A stretch of DNA of 63,586 nt, counting the filler, from Globobulimina sp. (taxonomy: Eukaryota): assembly GCA_003354225.1 (NCBI GenBank). It is 29 parts of 29 records of this genome, joined end to end, with 100 filler letters (N's around TTAATTAATTAA, not from the genome) between each part and the next. Parts side by side here need not be neighbours in the genome. Positions count along the whole stretch, not along the records: positions 61,493 to 63,586 come from PIVH01009046.1; 28 more parts are not named here. One strand, given 5' to 3'. The position numbers and the translations under genes are program-made. A model generated the notes under the pieces. That model searched no databases. It saw only the letters and a list, made by a program, of their open reading frames with translations, and was not told where the DNA came from. Shown here piece after piece: positions 61,493-63,586 of this stretch (positions within the stretch are counted from its first letter, which is position 1; each line of letters begins with the position of its first letter).

Positions 61493-62809
61493 AAAAGCCA
61501 TGACAGCCTCTGCCAAAACAAAATATAATGCAATAAATGCAATTAAGTAAAAGTAAAAATACACATCAATTTTTAATTTATGATATTCCTCATGTGTATA
61601 TTCCATTTTATTCTCAGGTTCTGGGATTTCCATCCTATAATATCCCACTACATCTGCAATAAGTGGCCATTTTGCTATTTTTATCATTTTATAAATGCAA
61701 AATAATTGTATGATTTTTAACAGCGACGTATCCGCAATGATGAAAACGATGGATACCACGAATAATGCTATCAATATACACGACATTGTGAATGACTCAA
61801 CATAACATAACAACGGATAGCTTGATACCAAAAGCATCAAAGTCATGGACAATACAATATTTGTCAGCCACTGTTTGATATTATGAACAATGTTCTTTGT
61901 AACAGCCATCATTACGTTCAGAACGCTAACATTAATCAATGAAAATCCGACCGCACTCCATCGAATTGCTTGAAAAGCCAAATTGCAAAAGTCTGCTGCG
62001 TCGAAATAAGCGTCGATCGAGGTTGTCATCACAACATACAATGCAAAATTCGATAACACGATGGCATACTTTCTCGGCATAATTTGGTTGATATATTTCA
62101 TCCAACGGCTCAACACAGACTCATTTTTTGCGGGCTCTTGCAAGATATCGTTAGTTGCATTGGTCATCTTTGCAACAAATTTATTTTTTGTGTCGGCAGC
62201 ATTGTCTGATTTAATTTCTGTGATTATTTTCTGTTTTGTTACTTGTATCATTGTGTCTGCTGATACTGAATCATAATACATTGCTTTTATGTTTTTATTC
62301 AAATTTTGTACATCCTGTCGCAGCGAAAAGGGCATATTGTCATATTTATCATGACTTAGTTTGGCAGTAATCTTTCTGACCTCATTCAACATTGATCTTT
62401 TCCATTTGTTCCAGTTTCGTATTTGAAGCGTTGGGTCATGCTTTTGCAGTAAATGTTGCTTTTCAGAATTTGAATTTTCCACAAAAACATTATATTTCTC
62501 GTTTAATGAATTGATGGCAGTTTGCTTTTCATGCCCCAAATTCTGATATTTCATTGCCAATTCATTATATTTTTTCTGTTCTTGCTGCTTTTCTGACGTC
62601 GAAAATTCAACATATATATTATATTTATCGTTTAATAAATTAGTTTCTGTCTGCTTTTGTTGCACCAAATCCTCACATTTCAGTGACAACTCATTGTTTT
62701 TTCTCCGTTCCTCTGAAAGTCGATTGTTTGTATTAATGCATTCTTTCTCTAGCTTCGCAATTTCGTTTCTCTGAAAGTAGTGGAGACATTGTATGATAAA
62801 CACAGCCAT
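61493..62809 (-). CDS. Hypothetical coiled-coil plus multipass membrane protein, 3' partial
   Basis: Repeated LNxKYNxxVExSxSEKQ coils followed by several TM segments. Confidence 0.6.
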
Positions 62810-63319
62810 CGAAAGTACAATAGGTACAATACCTGTTTTTGCTGAATATTGGTTGCTTCATTCAGTTTGCTCTCACATTTATTGATTGATTCTTCTTTTT
62901 CTTTTACACTTTCATGCAATTGCTCCAATATGGTCTCCTAAAATATCATTGAAATTAAGATATTACACAAAAACACATAGCACATAATTACAATATACGT
63001 GCCTGTCCCCGTTGTGTTGTTTGCATTCGATCCTTGAGATTTTGAATATTTTTCGTATTTCTCTCTCGTTCTTGCTCGATTTCCACCGTATATTTATCAA
63101 ATTGCATTTTCTTTTAATACAACAAAACATATATAAAAAGCACAACAATTTGCACACAACAATACCTGCTCTTTTTTCTTTTCTTGTCGCTGTCTTTCTA
63201 GTTCTCGTTTGTGTTCTTGTTCTTTTTCTTTTTCTTTTTCTTTTTGCCGTTTTTCTCGTTCACGTTGCTCCTCAAAATGTACAGTATGCCGATTGTTAAC
63301 AAAAACAAAACATTACACA

Positions 63320-63586
63320 CAAAAACATTGCAAACCTGTTCCTGTTTCTCTTTTTGTGCTTTTTCGTCATTATCGCGGTCTTTCAAATCAGTTTCTTTTT
63401 CTTCGCTTTCATGAATTCGGAAATCAGATAAAAAAACACTGTTTTCCTTCACACCTGTCTGCATACAAACAACCAAATAATATGTCTGTCGCAACTGCAG
63501 ATTCCTAAAAGCAATTCCTTGATCGATGCCATTTACGGAATATCCCATTTCTTGTTTTTCAAAATCAACTCTCATTTCAATCACAT
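63320..63586 (-). CDS. SPRY-like domain C-terminal fragment
   Basis: IEMRVDFEKQEMGYSVNGIDQGIAF..YYLVV. Confidence 0.6.

Noticed and set aside
1..63586. Gene clusters or systems spanning linkers, such as pairing the YR (14.4 kb) with the DIRS RT (55 kb), or the two AlkB genes
   Set aside because: Contigs are length-sorted and artificially concatenated, so co-location carries no information

Overview
This is not one continuous locus. It is 29 short contigs (2094-2098 bp, in descending length order) joined by an artificial linker, N44-TTAATTAATTAA-N44, so adjacency across linkers has no biological meaning. Most contigs come from a very AT-rich, gene-dense eukaryote that uses the standard code, has short GT-AG introns and carries many decayed genes. 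The overall style suggests a rhizarian or foraminiferan; this is inference and was not tested. Recognisable eukaryotic genes include a REJ-GPS-multipass receptor, LANCL, an annexin, a DUSP, a SNARE, ShK-P4H, NDUFA2, SSS, MATE and MMPL transporters, MSH5, an alkaline ceramidase, WASHC3, a CDC123-like ATP-grasp, two AlkB-family proteins, LPCAT, an RBR E3 ligase, ADAT2, RABGGTB and RPL35. One contig (26369-28464) is bacterial and holds a PEP-CTERM gene with a sigma-54 promoter and terminators. Two contigs look like host/bacterial chimeras. The most interesting signals are an apparently intron-containing Crypton-type tyrosine recombinase next to a 141-nt hairpin, a DIRS-type RT/RNase H with a HIDD catalytic motif, several palindromic MITE-like elements (one family seen on two contigs), a C2H2-finger protein fused to an ALKBH5-like domain, and very short divergent intergenic gaps. 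No complete novel multi-gene system can be demonstrated from fragments this short.
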